The notes beneath the pieces were generated by a model, which was given only the letters and a program-made list of their open reading frames with translations, did no database searches and had not been told where the DNA came from. The position numbers and the translations under genes were made by a program. From Eledone cirrhosa (taxonomy: Eukaryota), in NCBI GenBank assembly GCA_964016885.1, contig OZ024740.1, forward strand, positions 136,028,001-136,092,000: 64,000 nt of DNA, written 5' to 3'. Numbering within the stretch: the first letter of the stretch is position 1; each line of letters starts with the position of its first letter. This document shows, piece after piece, positions 1 through 13,756 of this stretch.

Positions 1-574
1 TCGGGTCGATTTAATCCCCCCCCCCCCAATAAAATCTCTGGCCTTGTGCCTATACTAGAAATCATTATTATCATCAACATTATCATCATTATTTGTATGA
101 ATTGACACTATCGATCCAGTGTCGGACTAAATTCTTTGTTGTATTTAGTTACGTCTTTTTACATTCCGCTTTCAAACCCCGTTTGATCCTAACATTCTCC
201 CACAGTCGCTAAATCAGTAATCCTATGTATTTGAGTCGATTTAATCGATTATATCGCTTCCCCCAATAGATGTGTGTGCTTTAATTTTTTTTTATTATTG
301 ATTAGTTCTGAGTGAGTCATTAAATAAAGAAGTCCAAACACAGAAATTGAATGTCACCGAAATCCCACAAGATCAAGAGCAGCATTCATGACGTTTTTCA
401 AGACCCACAAGACTAGGGGTCCTGTGGGTGACGGAAGATCTCGATATCCTCAAACTGGCGGATTCCGGTTGATTCCGCTAAAAACAGACAAGGACCGAGT
501 AGTAGTGTTTACTGAATAATGGGTTACGTCTATCACATAAAGAAAAGAAAGAAAGACAGAAAGAAAGAAAGAAG

Positions 575-885
575 CAGGTGTGGCTATGTGGTTAAGGTAT
601 GTGCCTCGAAACCGCGTCGTTTGGGGTTCGGTTCCAGAGCAGGTGGGTTCTACTATAGCTTCAGATTGAGTAATGCCTAGACAGAAACTGCAAAAGCTAG
701 TCATATAAATATATGGGGAGGGGAGGAATGTGTGTTTATACTTGTGTCGGTGTCTTTGTTTATAACCCATAAATTAGAGTTTCGATAAAAAAGAGATTGA
801 TAAAATAAATACCAGACTTGAAAGAAATAATAAGTCGATATGACTGATACAATTAAGGCGGTGCCCCAACATCACCGGAGAAAAA
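575..885 (+). mobile_element. tRNA-derived SINE, family B (degenerate); related copies near 6120, 39335, 44990, 57125
   Basis: Head gtggctatgtggttaag (A-box-like) ... ggttcggttcc (B-box-like), then ttctactatagct...gacagaaactg and gcggtgcccca, shared with 44990-45120 and 57125-57480. Confidence 0.6.
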
Positions 886-1644
886 TAGTAAAAAAAAAAA
901 AAGATGAAAAGAAATTCATATTTCTTTGTTTTTTATTTTATATTCAAGCTGTCTACCATTTATTTGAACTACATCATTCAGCTGTATCCTAATAACTAAT
1001 ATTCTATAATTTTAATTACTAATTAATTATTTCTTAATAATGCTTTTCTCATCGAATTTTCCCGGTTAATTTCTATCTAATTGTCTGGTGTAATAGTATA
1101 TGTGAGTTTGTTTTTATCTTGAAATGAAGCGTAATAGTATTTGTCTGAGCCTCTCTCTCTCTCTCTCTCTCCCTGTGTGTGAGTATGTATGCGTGTGCGT
1201 GTGAAAACAAATACTTTTTTTTATTCTGATTAAAACGTTGGAGGTTGCAGTTGCTATTATTCAAATCTTATGATCGATTATGACAAAATTACACATACTA
1301 AGTCAAAAATAAATATTCTGAAACTGATATTAAACAGAATACACAAATGATTTAATTATAAATAAGCCTAAGTCAACTTAACTCAACATTTCTGATTGTA
1401 TTCAATATTTTAAAGAGAAAATATAGTTGTCGCTCCAAGAGCAAGTCTGACCTATTGCAAATTGATTTCAGCGAATTTATTATAATCTGTTTTAATGAAA
1501 TCATTAGTCAGTAAATATTGGTTTCAAAATATAAATTTTTGATGTGATATGTCTATATTTTTGCTTAATCAACCATAACTTTCGTCGTTTAACTGCAACC
1601 TGAACCAAATTTTGAGCAGTTTAACATAAATATTAAATAGAAGG

Positions 1645-1950
1645 CGGCGTATTGGCAGAGTCGTTAGAACGTCGGATAGAACACTTTGTGGTATTCCTTC
1701 CGGCTCTCTGAGTTCAAAATCTCACCGAAGTCAATTTTACTTTTCATTCTTTCGGAGTCGATAAAAAAGAGTACCAGTCTAGTACTGGGTTTGATTCTTC
1801 CTCTATATCTCTTTCTCTATCTTTCTTTGGAAGAAACTTGTACTCAGGCCTGGAGAGGAATGGGCTCCGCCAGGCTTAAAATGCCCAAGAAACGCCGTAT
1901 GTCAATACGGCGCCCCAACGACTCTATCAGGAGTTACGGGATCCCCCCTC
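1645..1950 (+). mobile_element. SINE family A head followed by a dispersed repeat (also 10760-10925 minus, 58790-58885 plus)
   Basis: ttggcagagtcgttaga...gagttcaaaatc...gtcgataaaa, then caggcctggagaggaatgggctccgccagg...caggagttac, present three times in the window. Confidence 0.6.
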
Positions 1951-2684
1951 CCCCCACACACATATATTATATGCAGGGAGAGTGTAGACGCAGTCTTGTG
2001 AGTGAAACTATTTGGAAGCCTGTCGGGTGAACTGTACCTATAATTGTAAAGGCCAACCTTGTCACGCTGAGTCTCCCTGAGAATTACTTTAAGAATACGC
2101 GTATCTGTTCCGTTGATCGAACACCTGGACACCCATTGTTCAAACCGATGAGAATTCATTCCAACGCAGTGATCATTAATAACCAAGTAAATATAATTTT
2201 GTGGTGAGGAAGAAATACAACAGGGAGTATAAAAGCGTTAGACTAGTATATTTCTTCAATGTACAGTGTCGTTTACTTTGTTATTTCTGTTTACGCTTTA
2301 CGCACACACACATATGTATATGTTGTGTGTGTGTGTGTGTAAGTATTTATATATATATATATATATATATATACATTTATATATATATATTTATTTATTT
2401 CGTTCGTTCGCTTGTTTCTTCAGTCTTTGTGGTTTGCTGCAGGGATAAAATGTGAGCCAAAGAACTCATACATTACCCCATGTGTCAATTAGTGCTTCTG
2501 AGAAGAGCAACGATGTTATGATCTAGACGGATGCTTTCTAATTGCATGTTCTACACCGGATATTTCTGCTGTGCAACGGAGATACGTACCGTAAGAAGGC
2601 AAACGGCACATGCACCTGTCTTATTACATTAACAACAGCAACAACTACAAAGAAAGAAAAATAAAGAAATGTTTTATTACTGTT

Positions 2685-2970
2685 ATTATTATCGTTATTA
2701 TTATTGTCATTGTTCTTCGTTATCACACCCCATCATCATCTCCATCATCATCCACATTATCCCCATTATAATTATCAACATTATCAACATCATCATCAAT
2801 ATCATCATCGTTGCCACTTCTATTTTTATCGATATTATCTTCATCATCATCATTAACAGTATTGTTATCAACATCAACATTATTACAGCCATCATCGTCA
2901 TTACCAACTTCATTATCCTCCTCCCTCTTCCCCATCATCATCATGAACAAGACCAGCAACAACAACGATA
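2685..2970. repeat. (CAT/TAT)n trinucleotide low-complexity tract
   Basis: Directly visible. Confidence 0.9.
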
Positions 2971-3139
2971 TTATCTTAAAGTGGTATTAGAGTATCATAA
3001 AATGGCTTCAGTGAGATTATAGGTGTTTTGTTTTTCTTTTTGCCCGGCAAACAGGAAATAAAGGGTATAGAATAGCATCAAATGTACATTATCATGGACA
3101 GTTGGTAACTGAGATATATAACAGCAATATCTGCACTAA

Positions 3140-3335
3140 TTACTACCTCCATCACCACTACCACATTCTCTACTACTACTACTACTACTACAACTACCAC
3201 CACCACCACCACTACTACTACTACTACCACCTCTACTACTACCACCACCACCACCACCACTACTACTACTACCACCTCTACTACTACTACCACCACCACC
3301 ACCACCACCACCACTAGTACTGCTACTACTAATAA
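3140..3335. repeat. (TAC/CAC)n trinucleotide tract
   Basis: Directly visible. Confidence 0.9.
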
Positions 3336-3630
3336 TAATTGTTTCTACTTTTGGCACAAAGCCAGCAATTACCCAGTGTATTACTGGTACTTTATTTTAT
3401 CGACCTCAATACCAATAATAATGGTTTCCTATTTAGGCACAAGGCCAACAATTTTGGGGGACAGAGAATAGTCGATTAAATCGACCTCAGTGCGAGACTG
3501 GTATTTTATTTTATCGACCCCCTAAGGATGAAAGGCAAAGCTAACCTCGGTGGGATTTGAACTCAGAACGTAAAAAGCCACGACTAAATACTGCAAAGTA
3601 TTTAGTCCAATGCTCTAATGATTCTGCTAC
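3335..3630 (-). mobile_element. Two SINE family A fragments
   Basis: attgtttctacttttggcacaa...ggtactttattttatcgacc...aggatgaaaggcaaag..aacctcggtgggatttgaactc. Confidence 0.8.
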
Positions 3631-3818
3631 GATTAGACCAACTATGCACTCGCCTATGGTTCAAACTTGTATAATCAATATGACCATGAACAATAAATAA
3701 ACCATTAACCATCTTTGCGGTGTTGCAGCGGTGTGGAAATATATCCAAAGTGATGGCAAGGGTCGAATGGTGTTATAACTCGTCATAGGATTTGTGGTGA
3801 GTGACTGTGAACTGTATA

Positions 3819-3974
3819 CAGTTATACCGTTATAACGAATTTTTCAGTATAACGAAATTTTTTTCAATCCCCGGTTACACGCTCGATGTGTTAAATCGAT
3901 ATCGTGATAAAGGATTTTTCGTTACAACGAATTTTTTTATACCCCGTGAATTTCGTTATAACGGAATTTCTCTG
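3819..3974. mobile_element. Short TA-flanked MITE, Tc1/mariner-pogo (Tigger-like)
   Basis: TA|cagttataccgttataacgaa ... ttcgttataacggaatttctctg|TA imperfect TIRs; internal repeats of ataacgaa. Confidence 0.5.
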
Positions 3975-4199
3975 TAGTAGAAAAAGTAGGATTAGTAATT
4001 TTGTTAGTGTGGTAAGAGCAAAAATGTTTAAAAAAAACTGTTTGTCAGCTTGTCAAACTGTTATATGAAATTATTTTATTTGGGAGAATAGGGTGCACAC
4101 CTGGGAGAAGGAGAGACACATGTAGGGTTAGTCTAGTGCGTTAAATATCCAGTCCTCGGCCCTCCCCAAAGGAGTTACAAATCATGGTTAGAGGATGTA

Positions 4200-5190
4200 C
4201 CAATATACCAATATATAATAAACGATAATTGAGACAAAAATGTAATATACTATATCTCCTCAATCTTCTCCGTCGCACCCTCATCAGCGAGATCGTCAGC
4301 AAGACGGTAGAACAAGACATGACTCAAGATATGGAGCAGGCTCTGGTCGACTGGACCAGCGAAAGTCTCCCCGTCCCGCAATATACAAGTGTCCACGTAA
4401 CTAGCACGACATCAAGTGCAGGTCTACCTTCAAACAGATCGAGTCTAGCTTGGACCAACACCGCGTCGCCTGCCTCCGTTCCACCACACAGCCAAACAGC
4501 GGCGCGTGACTGAATTCAGTGACCTCCTCATCATCCGGTACCCTTTTTGATGACAAGTGCACTCACATCGGAGTAACCCAACGCCTCGACCACCGCGTGT
4601 GTGAGCCACATAAATGCCGTTGTGGTGCTGTCGTCGATGAGTTCGATCTGCACCCATTACCATGCCGCCAGAGGGCTGGCAGGTTCCCCCGATATGCTAC
4701 TCTCAACGATATAATGAGAAGGAGCCTCGAGGCAGCCGGCTTCCCGTCAAAACTGGAGCCAGTAGGCCTCGATTAGGGTAAGTGCTCCCACGGATTACCC
4801 TCTTCCCTTTTGAAGGAGGTAAGTCCCTCATCTGAGACGCGACATGCTGTGACACGTTCTTCGCCTTCAATTTAGTTGACTCAACCACAAATCCTGGTAT
4901 CGCGGCTCGCAATGCAGAGGAGAGAAAGTCCAGCAAATACCGTAGCTTGTCCTGGCGCTTCCTCTTTGCACCGGTCGTTGTTGAGATCTCAGGCGTCCTC
5001 GGATCCCGGACTCCGGACAGCTGACTTTCTCCGTAAAACCGGATCGATAGCAGCTCGTCTGAGGAAGGAGCCCCGTGAGGTGGAGTGGCTGTTGTAGTGT
5101 GTGCCGCTGGCCATTGTCCGCGGGCGCAGCCGAAACAACGCTCTAACCTAGGTGTAGAGTCTGTCATCATCACTTTCCCCTTTCTTTCTT
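4200..5190 (+). pseudogene. CRE-clade non-LTR retrotransposon 3' relic (Zn knuckle plus restriction-like endonuclease)
   Basis: CRCGAVVDEFDLHPLPC...RYATLNDIMRRSL..AGFPSKLEPVGLDR, then broken frames DATCCDTF, AARNAEERKSSKY, FAPVVVEISGVLG; motif order typical of CRE RLE domains. Confidence 0.75.
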
Positions 5191-6923
5191 CCTTTGTCTA
5201 GTAGTTCTTGCTCTTCCCCTCCTTTTCCTCTCATTTATGGAATTGATATATCCTTTCCAATGCTGCTCTCTTTTTCTGTATGTTTTATATATTAAAACAT
5301 TTTCACAATAAACTACAACAATAATAATAACGATGATAAAGATATGGAGATTTTTGTCAGGTTACACATAAGTATGACAGACAAATGTAACCAATGTGGT
5401 TGTATGAACTACTCGAAATAGTAAAGTCCCTCAAACCACAACATAAGGGTCTTTTGTTTTTAATGAAGATAATGTACACCTAGATACACTGTATAAGAAA
5501 AATAAAACCGGAATGATCAAAGCTTCAATGCTTTTTATCAGAAGTCTACTCGATCAGAATTTTCCTTGGAGCTAAACAACGACGACCCGTACAACTACAA
5601 CCCAAAACAGAGAAAAGCATTCAGATTGATTCATGTCATACCGAAATTCTAACCATAAATATATTTCTGTGTGAAATATGATACTCTCAACCACGTTCTT
5701 TAATATTATATTATAAGCTAAGATTTTTTCTCTATTTTCATCTTTCTTTTATGTGACACATAAAGAAGGTGAAACTGTTTTCCATCAGAGAGAAAAAATC
5801 CTTTTCAAACTTGTCCACCATGCAGCCTTTTTCACCTTTCGCCATAGCCTACCTGAAAATCACTTTGCCGTCTTTATCAAAGGCGATTATTACGATTATC
5901 AAGTAGTCCGCATGATAACAAGGCTTCCCGTGATATTAGTTATTTGACTTAAATCCACAGGCTACATAGGGTACAAGTAAATGAATGCAAGCGTTTCGTT
6001 ATTCTTTGTTCATCCTCTCCGGCATCGACAAAGCCCCTCTCCTAGCCAATCTGATATATTCAAATCGACTTATCTTGCAAAATCAATCCTTGCTCATTCA
6101 ACATCAAATTTATAGCAGCAGACACGGCTGTGTTGTTAAGAGTTTCAGTTCGCAACCATATGCTTCCTGGTTCGATCTTATTGCGCGGCGATTTACAAGT
6201 TGCCCACGGATAAACAGATAAAGAGGATAAACGAACAAAGTCATCCATTCACATCGTCAGCCACTGTCGGGAAAACAGAATTTCGTGTGCATGGGTGGGA
6301 TTGTATTACTACTCTCAGGTTGCACAGCAGTTCAAAAGAACAAGCCGGTGGAAAGATGCGTGAAAGGAACAAGAAACAAATGAACGAAGAATAAACGCAG
6401 TAAACACGAAGTATGAGGGAGACAACACATGAGCAATAGAAATGTAGGCGAATATTTTAATAAGGCGAAAGTCTTTCGACCAGAACGAATAGCGAAGAGA
6501 GTACATATAAGAAATAATCTTATGATTAGGGGAACACAGCGACGAGATTGCATATACAAATACAAAAAAGCCATATGACTGGGACAAAATAAGAGCAAGT
6601 ACAGTGTAAGTTGTGCAAACACGTATGCACGCGCTCAGAATGTGAAAGATGTGTACGTATTTCTTTGGTGTGCATCGTCGAGAAAACCGATAAATCGGTG
6701 CTTTCACTCAAAAGCTCTTTTACATGCTTGTTGTTCCTGTCCTTGTCCAGGCGCTGGGTTGTCGTTCACGCTATCATAAATGCAAGTTGGCTTTGGATAG
6801 ACAGCTTTGATAGATCTGTTGGTTTTTGATACTGTTGTGTGTATATTTTCTTGTGACAAAAGTTAAATGTGGTGGGGATCTTGAAACTAAGATATATGTA
6901 ACTGTTGAGGTTAAAGCCATTAT

Positions 6924-7115
6924 CAGACCTATCAACTCTCCCCGTCGAACAGGGAGATCACCCACCCACTTTGGGGTGGGTGAGAGATGTCTTCTCTTGT
7001 GAAAATGTGTATAGCTTTCATTATGTAAAATCTCCCCATTTTGCCTCATTTCTCCCCGTTTTGGGGCACTTTTTTCATTGTACTCCTGGTTTGGAATTAA
7101 AGCTTCGCAGGTCTG
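6924..7115. mobile_element. ~190-bp MITE (copy 1 of 3)
   Basis: Ends cagacctatcaac / cgcaggtctg; body near-identical to 38683-39038 and 40310-40504. Confidence 0.7.
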
Positions 7116-8344
7116 CATTATACTAGCGTATATAGTATTATTTGCGTTCCAGAAATATACGAGGCTGCGATAACTTTAATCATTGTCCCTAGAGGATTTC
7201 TTTCTTGTTGCTTATGTTATTGTTTAAGCCCAGATCAGCACTGATTGAGCAGAGCTATGATCAAAATCCTTTCAGCTGTGAAAAAAACTCGCCCTTTTAT
7301 ATATTTTTGACTACATTGACCAAGGATGTGATTTGGGAGAATTTGGCTGCGTTTTTTTATTTTTTGTTTTCTTTTGTTTTTTGGAGGGTATTTCTTTTTC
7401 AGACAAGTCGAGTGACCACATAGAGGTTCCTACGTTGATTTATAAGCTCGTAGATGTTGTTTCGGAAATGAACATTCAATTACTTTAGACACATTCTATT
7501 TTGTATTTCTTCCTTTACGACTCAGCTTCTTGTCATTCAATTTTTTGGTTTGGTTAAGAGGAGAGGGCAGTGTCAGTGACCTTCACTCTTTGAGATTGAG
7601 ATTAGAAAAATTTATGTGGTTAATGTTCTTCTTGAACAATTTCAGGGTGGTGCCTGCTGAAAAAAAGACATGCGCAGGGGAGGAATTGTTGAGACAATTA
7701 AGGTGGCACGAGTGAGGCCAGATTCAAGGAACAGAAGCTATTTAATAGTGTCAAAAATAAAAGCAGAGCGAGGATCAGCATGTCTGTAGATCAAAGACCT
7801 ACAGACATGCTAATCAATCAGGTGGCCTTTCCACACCGAAAACTAAACATGAAATATGTTACGAAATAAGAAAATCGTTGTGATTTTAGGTTAAAATCTC
7901 ATATATCAGATATGATGCTAGACGTTTTGAGTGGTGTAAACATTTACAATATAAAATTTTGAAGTCGTAGATTGAGATCAACAATTATAGTTTCAATCTT
8001 TTCAAAATTTATTGACTTCACATAAATAAAGCATTTCCATATTTACTTGTTTCAGGTCTTAGATAAATTCATCTGAAAAGATATGGAACTATATATATAT
8101 ATATATTTAATTACGTTTGAAATTGTGTACACGATTAAAAATTAGTAAATATAACATGAATAGTGCTTTTTATTAAAAACATTGTAAACATTGTAAGTAT
8201 TATAAACCACAGTACTGAGTTACAACATTTTCAAAAATTCATCAAGTTAACTATAGTGGTTTCTTATTTAGGCACATGGCCAACAATTTAAAGAGTGGGA
8301 AAAGTCGGCTGTATCAAACCCAGTACTTCACTGATACTTTATTT

Positions 8345-8545
8345 TATCTCCTTATTACAACTGCTTTTATGCCAAGTTCTGACACCATTATCTGAAATAC
8401 TAATCAGAAATGGACTGGGGTATAAATGTTACAAGAAAATTAGGCATTTTCTGTATGTGGATGATTTAAAGATGTATGTTGTAGACGAGAGATAACTTGA
8501 AACACTGATGTAGACAGTGCATGGATTCACAAAAGAAATTTTCAA
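8345..8545 (+). pseudogene. R4/Dong-like non-LTR RT fragment
   Basis: LTPLSEIL...GY...IRHFLYVDDLKMY matches the HLLYMDDLKLY RT motif; followed by stops. Confidence 0.6.
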
Positions 8546-9029
8546 AAATTTACATATTAACTATAATGGTTTCTAATTTAGGCACAAGGTCAACAATTTG
8601 AAGAGTGGGGAAAGTCGACTATATCGAATTTCACTGATACTTTATTTTATCTACTCCAGAAGGATGAAAGGCAAAGTTGACCTCGGCGGGATTTCAACTT
8701 AGAACGTAAAAGGCCATTATTAAATGCCGCAAAGCATTTTGTCCAACACGATTCTGCCAATCCTAAATTAGTTGTTCATATAAACATTTGGTGTCATATC
8801 CATGCGTATTAAATCTCGCTATGAAAATAGATATTTTCGGCTGCTTGGTATTGAACCATTTCATTTCGTTGTTACTTAAGCACTAATCAGGATCCATTTT
8901 TCTTTCTTTCTCAAAGATAACAGTACAAAGCTACATTGCGATACAAAGCTGAGTGGCAAGGCGTGAGTTATAAATAAATACACTACTACTACTACTACTA
9001 CTACTCAATATAGAAGAAAGAGTTAGTTA

Positions 9030-9272
9030 GATAATCGTAGATGATTCTTGTCTGTTTGATATTGGAGTGAATGACAAAGAGAACGAGAAAATAGAAAATG
9101 CAGAGAATTTGGATTTACCACAGTTATTATCCCAATTGTAATAGGTGCTTTAGGGACAAGAAGTTTGAATGATTGGTTAAAGATATTGGATATAGGGGTG
9201 AGTTTTCTGTCTATGCAGAAAACTTGTTTGCTTGGCAAAGCAAAAAACATAAAAATGGTTCTAGATATTTAA
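9030..9272 (+). pseudogene. R4/Dong-like RLE C-terminal fragment
   Basis: Plus frame TVIIPIVIGALGT...MQKTCLLGKAKNIKMVLDI*, typical R4-clade C-terminus. Confidence 0.6.
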
Positions 9273-9364
9273 GGCTGTAAGAGGCAGCTTGATATCTAAC
9301 AATTCAAATACCATTAGAAGAACAATGAAATGCCGAGGAAAGGAAATAAGAATAATTGTCTTTC

Positions 9365-9880
9365 AAACACTGGCACAAGGTCAGAAATATTGAGGAAGGG
9401 AAAATTCGATTATATCGACCCCAGTACTTAACTGGCACTTTATTTTATTGACCGCCGGATGATGAAGGGCAATGTTGACCTCAGTGAGATTTGAACTCAG
9501 AATGTAATGGATCTTTATGATTTTTAATTTAGGAACATGACCAGCCAGCAATTTGGGGGGTAGGGGATGGGGTAGTCGATTACATCGATTTCAGTACTTG
9601 ACTGGTATTTTTTTATCGACCCCTGGAAGGAAGAAAGGCAAAGTTGATCTCGGCAAGATTTGAAATCAGAATGTAAAGATCCTGAACAAATACTGCAAAG
9701 CGATCGGTCTACCGATTCTGCCATCCTGTCACCTTTAACTAATAATAATTTCTGGCATAGACACACTCTTAGATGGCATGCAGAAAGGCAAAGTTGACAG
9801 TGACGAGATTTGAACTCGGAATGTAAAGTATTGTAACTAAAAACCACATTACATTTTATCCACCTTTCTATCGATTTAGT
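9365..9880 (-). mobile_element. Cluster of old SINE family A copies
   Basis: Three occurrences of ggcaaagttga..cggcgagatttgaactc variants. Confidence 0.7.
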
Positions 9881-11394
9881 CAAGCTGCTGCCGTCAACAA
9901 TAATAATATACCAACAACAATAATAAGACGACAGAAAAAGCAGCGATGGCGGAGAACATGATAAACAAATAAAACCAGGATATATAATTGAGGTTTTCTT
10001 AGGCGTTATCCGAAGTAATTTATTCTTTGATGCATAGACGATAAATCGAACGGTTCTAGTTGCTAGAAATATATCTGCGTAGTTTATACTGGTTTCGAAT
10101 ACGTATTGATATTCAGGACTGGTCACCGTGACATAAAATCAATATTCGTTTAAATCGATATACTGTTATTAATATGTGTAGATAGGTAACTATTGCGTTG
10201 GAATATACTTTATAAAGTTAGATGAAAATAAGCGGTTAGCAATTACGTTTAAATTCTTTCTTTTTTTATTTTTTATTTTTCTTAACGCTCGTTATATGAG
10301 TGTTTAGTAATAATGTATTCCAGCATGTTATTGCTACTGTTAATATGCAATGATGTTAAATACTGACACGTAATTGCTACTATTTTCATTCGTCTTTTTT
10401 GGCTTCAATGGTCTTCGCGCAAAATCGTCTCTAAAATCAAGCTGTCTCATAACATTTTCATTCTTTAGATATGATTAATGCGAGATGTAGGTTTTGGAAG
10501 TCTGCCACATGACGTAAAACTACTTATTTATTAGTTGACTGTTTTAAATCGGTTGGAGACAAACACAAACAATAAGTTGTTAGGTGGATTTTATGTTTTA
10601 AAAGTAAAAACACAAAGTGGCAAATTGGCCGAGTCGTTCGAGTGTTGAATTAAACATACTTCCGCATTTGTTCCAGCTCGCAGCACTCCTGCACGGCCAA
10701 TTTTGCCTTTCATTCTTTCGAGATCGATATATAAAGTGCCAGTATGTGTGTATGGTCCAGTAACTCCTGATAGAATCGCAGGAGCGCCCTATTAACATAC
10801 CGCGTTTCTTGGGTATTTTAAGCCTGGCGGAGCCCATCCCTCTCCAGGCCTGAGTACAGCAGACTTCTTCCAGAGAAAAATAGAAAGTGAAAGAGAAGGA
10901 AATGAGAAAGAGATATAGAGGAAGAATCTACCTAAGTACTAGACTGGTATTTTTTAAAGGGTGACAAGCAAAGTTGACCTCGGCGGGATTTGAACTCTGA
11001 GAGCTGGAACGAATACCATAAAGCATTCTATCCGTTTTTCTAACGACTCTGCCAATTCACTGTCTATAAAGTACCAGTAATATACGGTAATTCATTATAT
11101 CAGTTAATGCCTCCGACCCTTAAGTCTGAATAAGACGAATCATCATTTGTATTGTCTGCCTGTGGTATCATGTACAAATGTGTGTGTATGTCTGAATGTG
11201 TTTGAACATGTGCGTATATGTCTATACGGCCATATGTTCTAAATCAGTAAATGAGATAACACCAGCACCACAAAATTGATCCATTTGCCATTTCCGATCT
11301 CATAAAATAACTTTACAATTCAGGACTTCTTTTATTGTGCAATAAAATCATAGGCATACATAAATAGACACTTCAGTTATGCATGCATATGCAA

Positions 11395-11839
<445 letters not shown>

Positions 11840-11869
11840 GTTAGGTAATAAACGACATAAGATAATTAT

Positions 11870-11931
11870 TTCATTTACCAGTGGTTTCTTGAAGACAGAT
11901 ATTTATATCTGTCTTTAGTCGTCAGAACGAA
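11870..11931 (-). ncRNA. Type I hammerhead ribozyme in a fold-back unit (11839-12040)
   Basis: Minus: ttcgtt-CTGACGA-ct aaagacagata taaa tatctgtctt caa-GAAA-ccactgg-TA-aatgaa; 11840-11877 is inverted at 11932-11969. Confidence 0.8.
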
Positions 11932-12064
11932 TAAATGAAATAATTATCTTATGTTGCTTATTACATAACCAAAAAGCTCTGTAGTCTACATAGAGCACTC
12001 TCTTTTCCTGTACCTTTCCTACGGAAATACTTCATTTATATATATATATGTATGTATATATATG

Positions 12065-12254
12065 TTCGCTATTTCCCGTTCATTGCCAAGGGACGTCTTC
12101 ACGAACCAAAGTATCGTCTTCCTGTTTTCCTTCAGTTGCAACGTTTTTCGAAATATTTGCTTCTGCGTTCACAGATTGATGTTTTTAGTTTCAGAAAATT
12201 CCGTTAAGGGTGAAAGCAACGATTCTTTGCTTAAACTTTAATCTGTTATTTTAA
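12065..12254 (+). mobile_element. Diverged copy of the CAGAAGA-hammerhead family
   Basis: Homologous to 29985-30172 and 53395-53582; core reads CAGAAAA at 12192-12198. Confidence 0.7.
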
Positions 12255-12986
12255 TCTATATATGTATATATATAAAACTGAGGAAGGATGTATGTATGTA
12301 TGTATGTATGTATGTATGTATGTATGTATGTATGTATGTATGTATGTATGTATGTATGTATGTATGTATGTATGTATGTGTGTGTGTGTGTGTGCGTGTG
12401 CGTGTGTGAAACCCGAGAAGTACCCAACCGATTTTTTTCAAACTTTACATGTGTATTACTTATGTTTCAGGGAGTGTTATGCACAAAAAATTCAACTTTT
12501 TGATCCCCTATGACCCGCATTAGGTGAAAAACTGCGTTTTTTCAGCTTTTTATGGGTTTTTTGAGGCGTTACGTCAGACCAATTTCCTTGAAATTGTAAC
12601 TATGTATTAGTCAGTCTCTTCTTCATACTGTGAACAAAGAAAATCCAACTTTTTTTTGGCCTAGGGCTCGCATTAGGTGAAAAACTTCATTTTAAAAAGC
12701 TTTTTAGGGCCTTTTTGAGGCGTTACGTCTAGCCGATTTTCAAGAAATTTCAAGACATATTATGCACATAAAAAAATTCATTTTCTTGATCCCCTAGGGA
12801 CCGCATTAGGTGAAAACCTGCATTTTTCCTGCTTCATCGAGGAAAATCTTAGATTATCCAGCCATCAGCGTATTCGGTTTATTTTCTTTAGATATTTTCA
12901 GGCATGCAGTCTTTTCACGATTAGGTCTGTTGGCGACCCGCGTTCCAAAATACCTTATCCTGTGCAAAGCCGGGTACCACTGCTAG
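12255..12986 (+). mobile_element. Non-autonomous Helitron carrying a (TGTA)n microsatellite and three internal subrepeats
   Basis: A|TCtatatat...aaaa 5' end; 3' GC-rich motif cctgtgcaaagccggg then CTAG|T; cgcattaggtgaaaa repeated at ~12516, 12669, 12802. Confidence 0.65.
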
Positions 12987-13032
<46 letters not shown>

Positions 13033-13274
13033 TATATGATATATATATATATTATATATATAATATATATATATATGATATATATGTATATTATATATAT
13101 GATATATATATATATTATATATATAATATATATATATATTATATATAATATATATATATTATATATATAATATATATATTTATGATATATATATTATATA
13201 TATATATATCATATATCATATAACTATATATATATATATATATAGTTATACTTGGGGAGGGTCATATTGTTGTA

Positions 13275-13460
13275 ATAATTGTTTCTACTTTAGGCACAAG
13301 GCCAGCAATTACCCAGTGCATTACTGGTACTTTATTTTATCGACCCCGTAAGGATGAAAGGCAAAGTCAACCTTGGCGGGATTTGAACTCAGATCGTAAA
13401 GGGACGTAACTATGCTGGAAAACATGGCGTCCGACCCTCTACCGATACTGCCAATCCACC
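13275..13460 (-). mobile_element. Young SINE family A inserted in the PLE pLTR
   Basis: Near-identical to 44623-44808; splits gtaata|ttgccagaatt, which is intact at 47869. Confidence 0.9.
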
Positions 13461-13599
13461 AATATTGCCAGAATTAATAACAGAACACAATCACTGTTTG
13501 GTTTCTCTTCGCTTCTGTATCTTTCATATCAGTTAATTTATTTGGTCCTCAATGTTTACCATTGACTGACCAATGGTCAAATAATACAGATATAATATA

Positions 13600-13670
13600 G
13601 ACACAAACACATATATAGAGTCTAACAAAGTTCTTTCGTTGCACATCTGCAACATCGTCAGTGGTGCTAT
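13600..13670 (-). ncRNA. Hammerhead motif in PLE family 2 pLTR
   Basis: CTGACGA-t-gttgca gatg tgcaac-GAAA-ga...tc-TA; stem I irregular. Confidence 0.65.
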
Positions 13671-13721
13671 TATGTTTCCTCCTGTTGTATTGTATGTCTC
13701 CGCCATCTTTATTTAATATGT

Positions 13722-13756
<35 letters not shown>

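Noticed and set aside
2669-3357. Poly-I/D/V/H/G ORFs
   Set aside because: Trinucleotide repeats open in several frames; no evidence of coding
9524-10126. 200-aa minus-strand ORF
   Set aside because: Largely runs through degenerate SINE copies; no domain motifs
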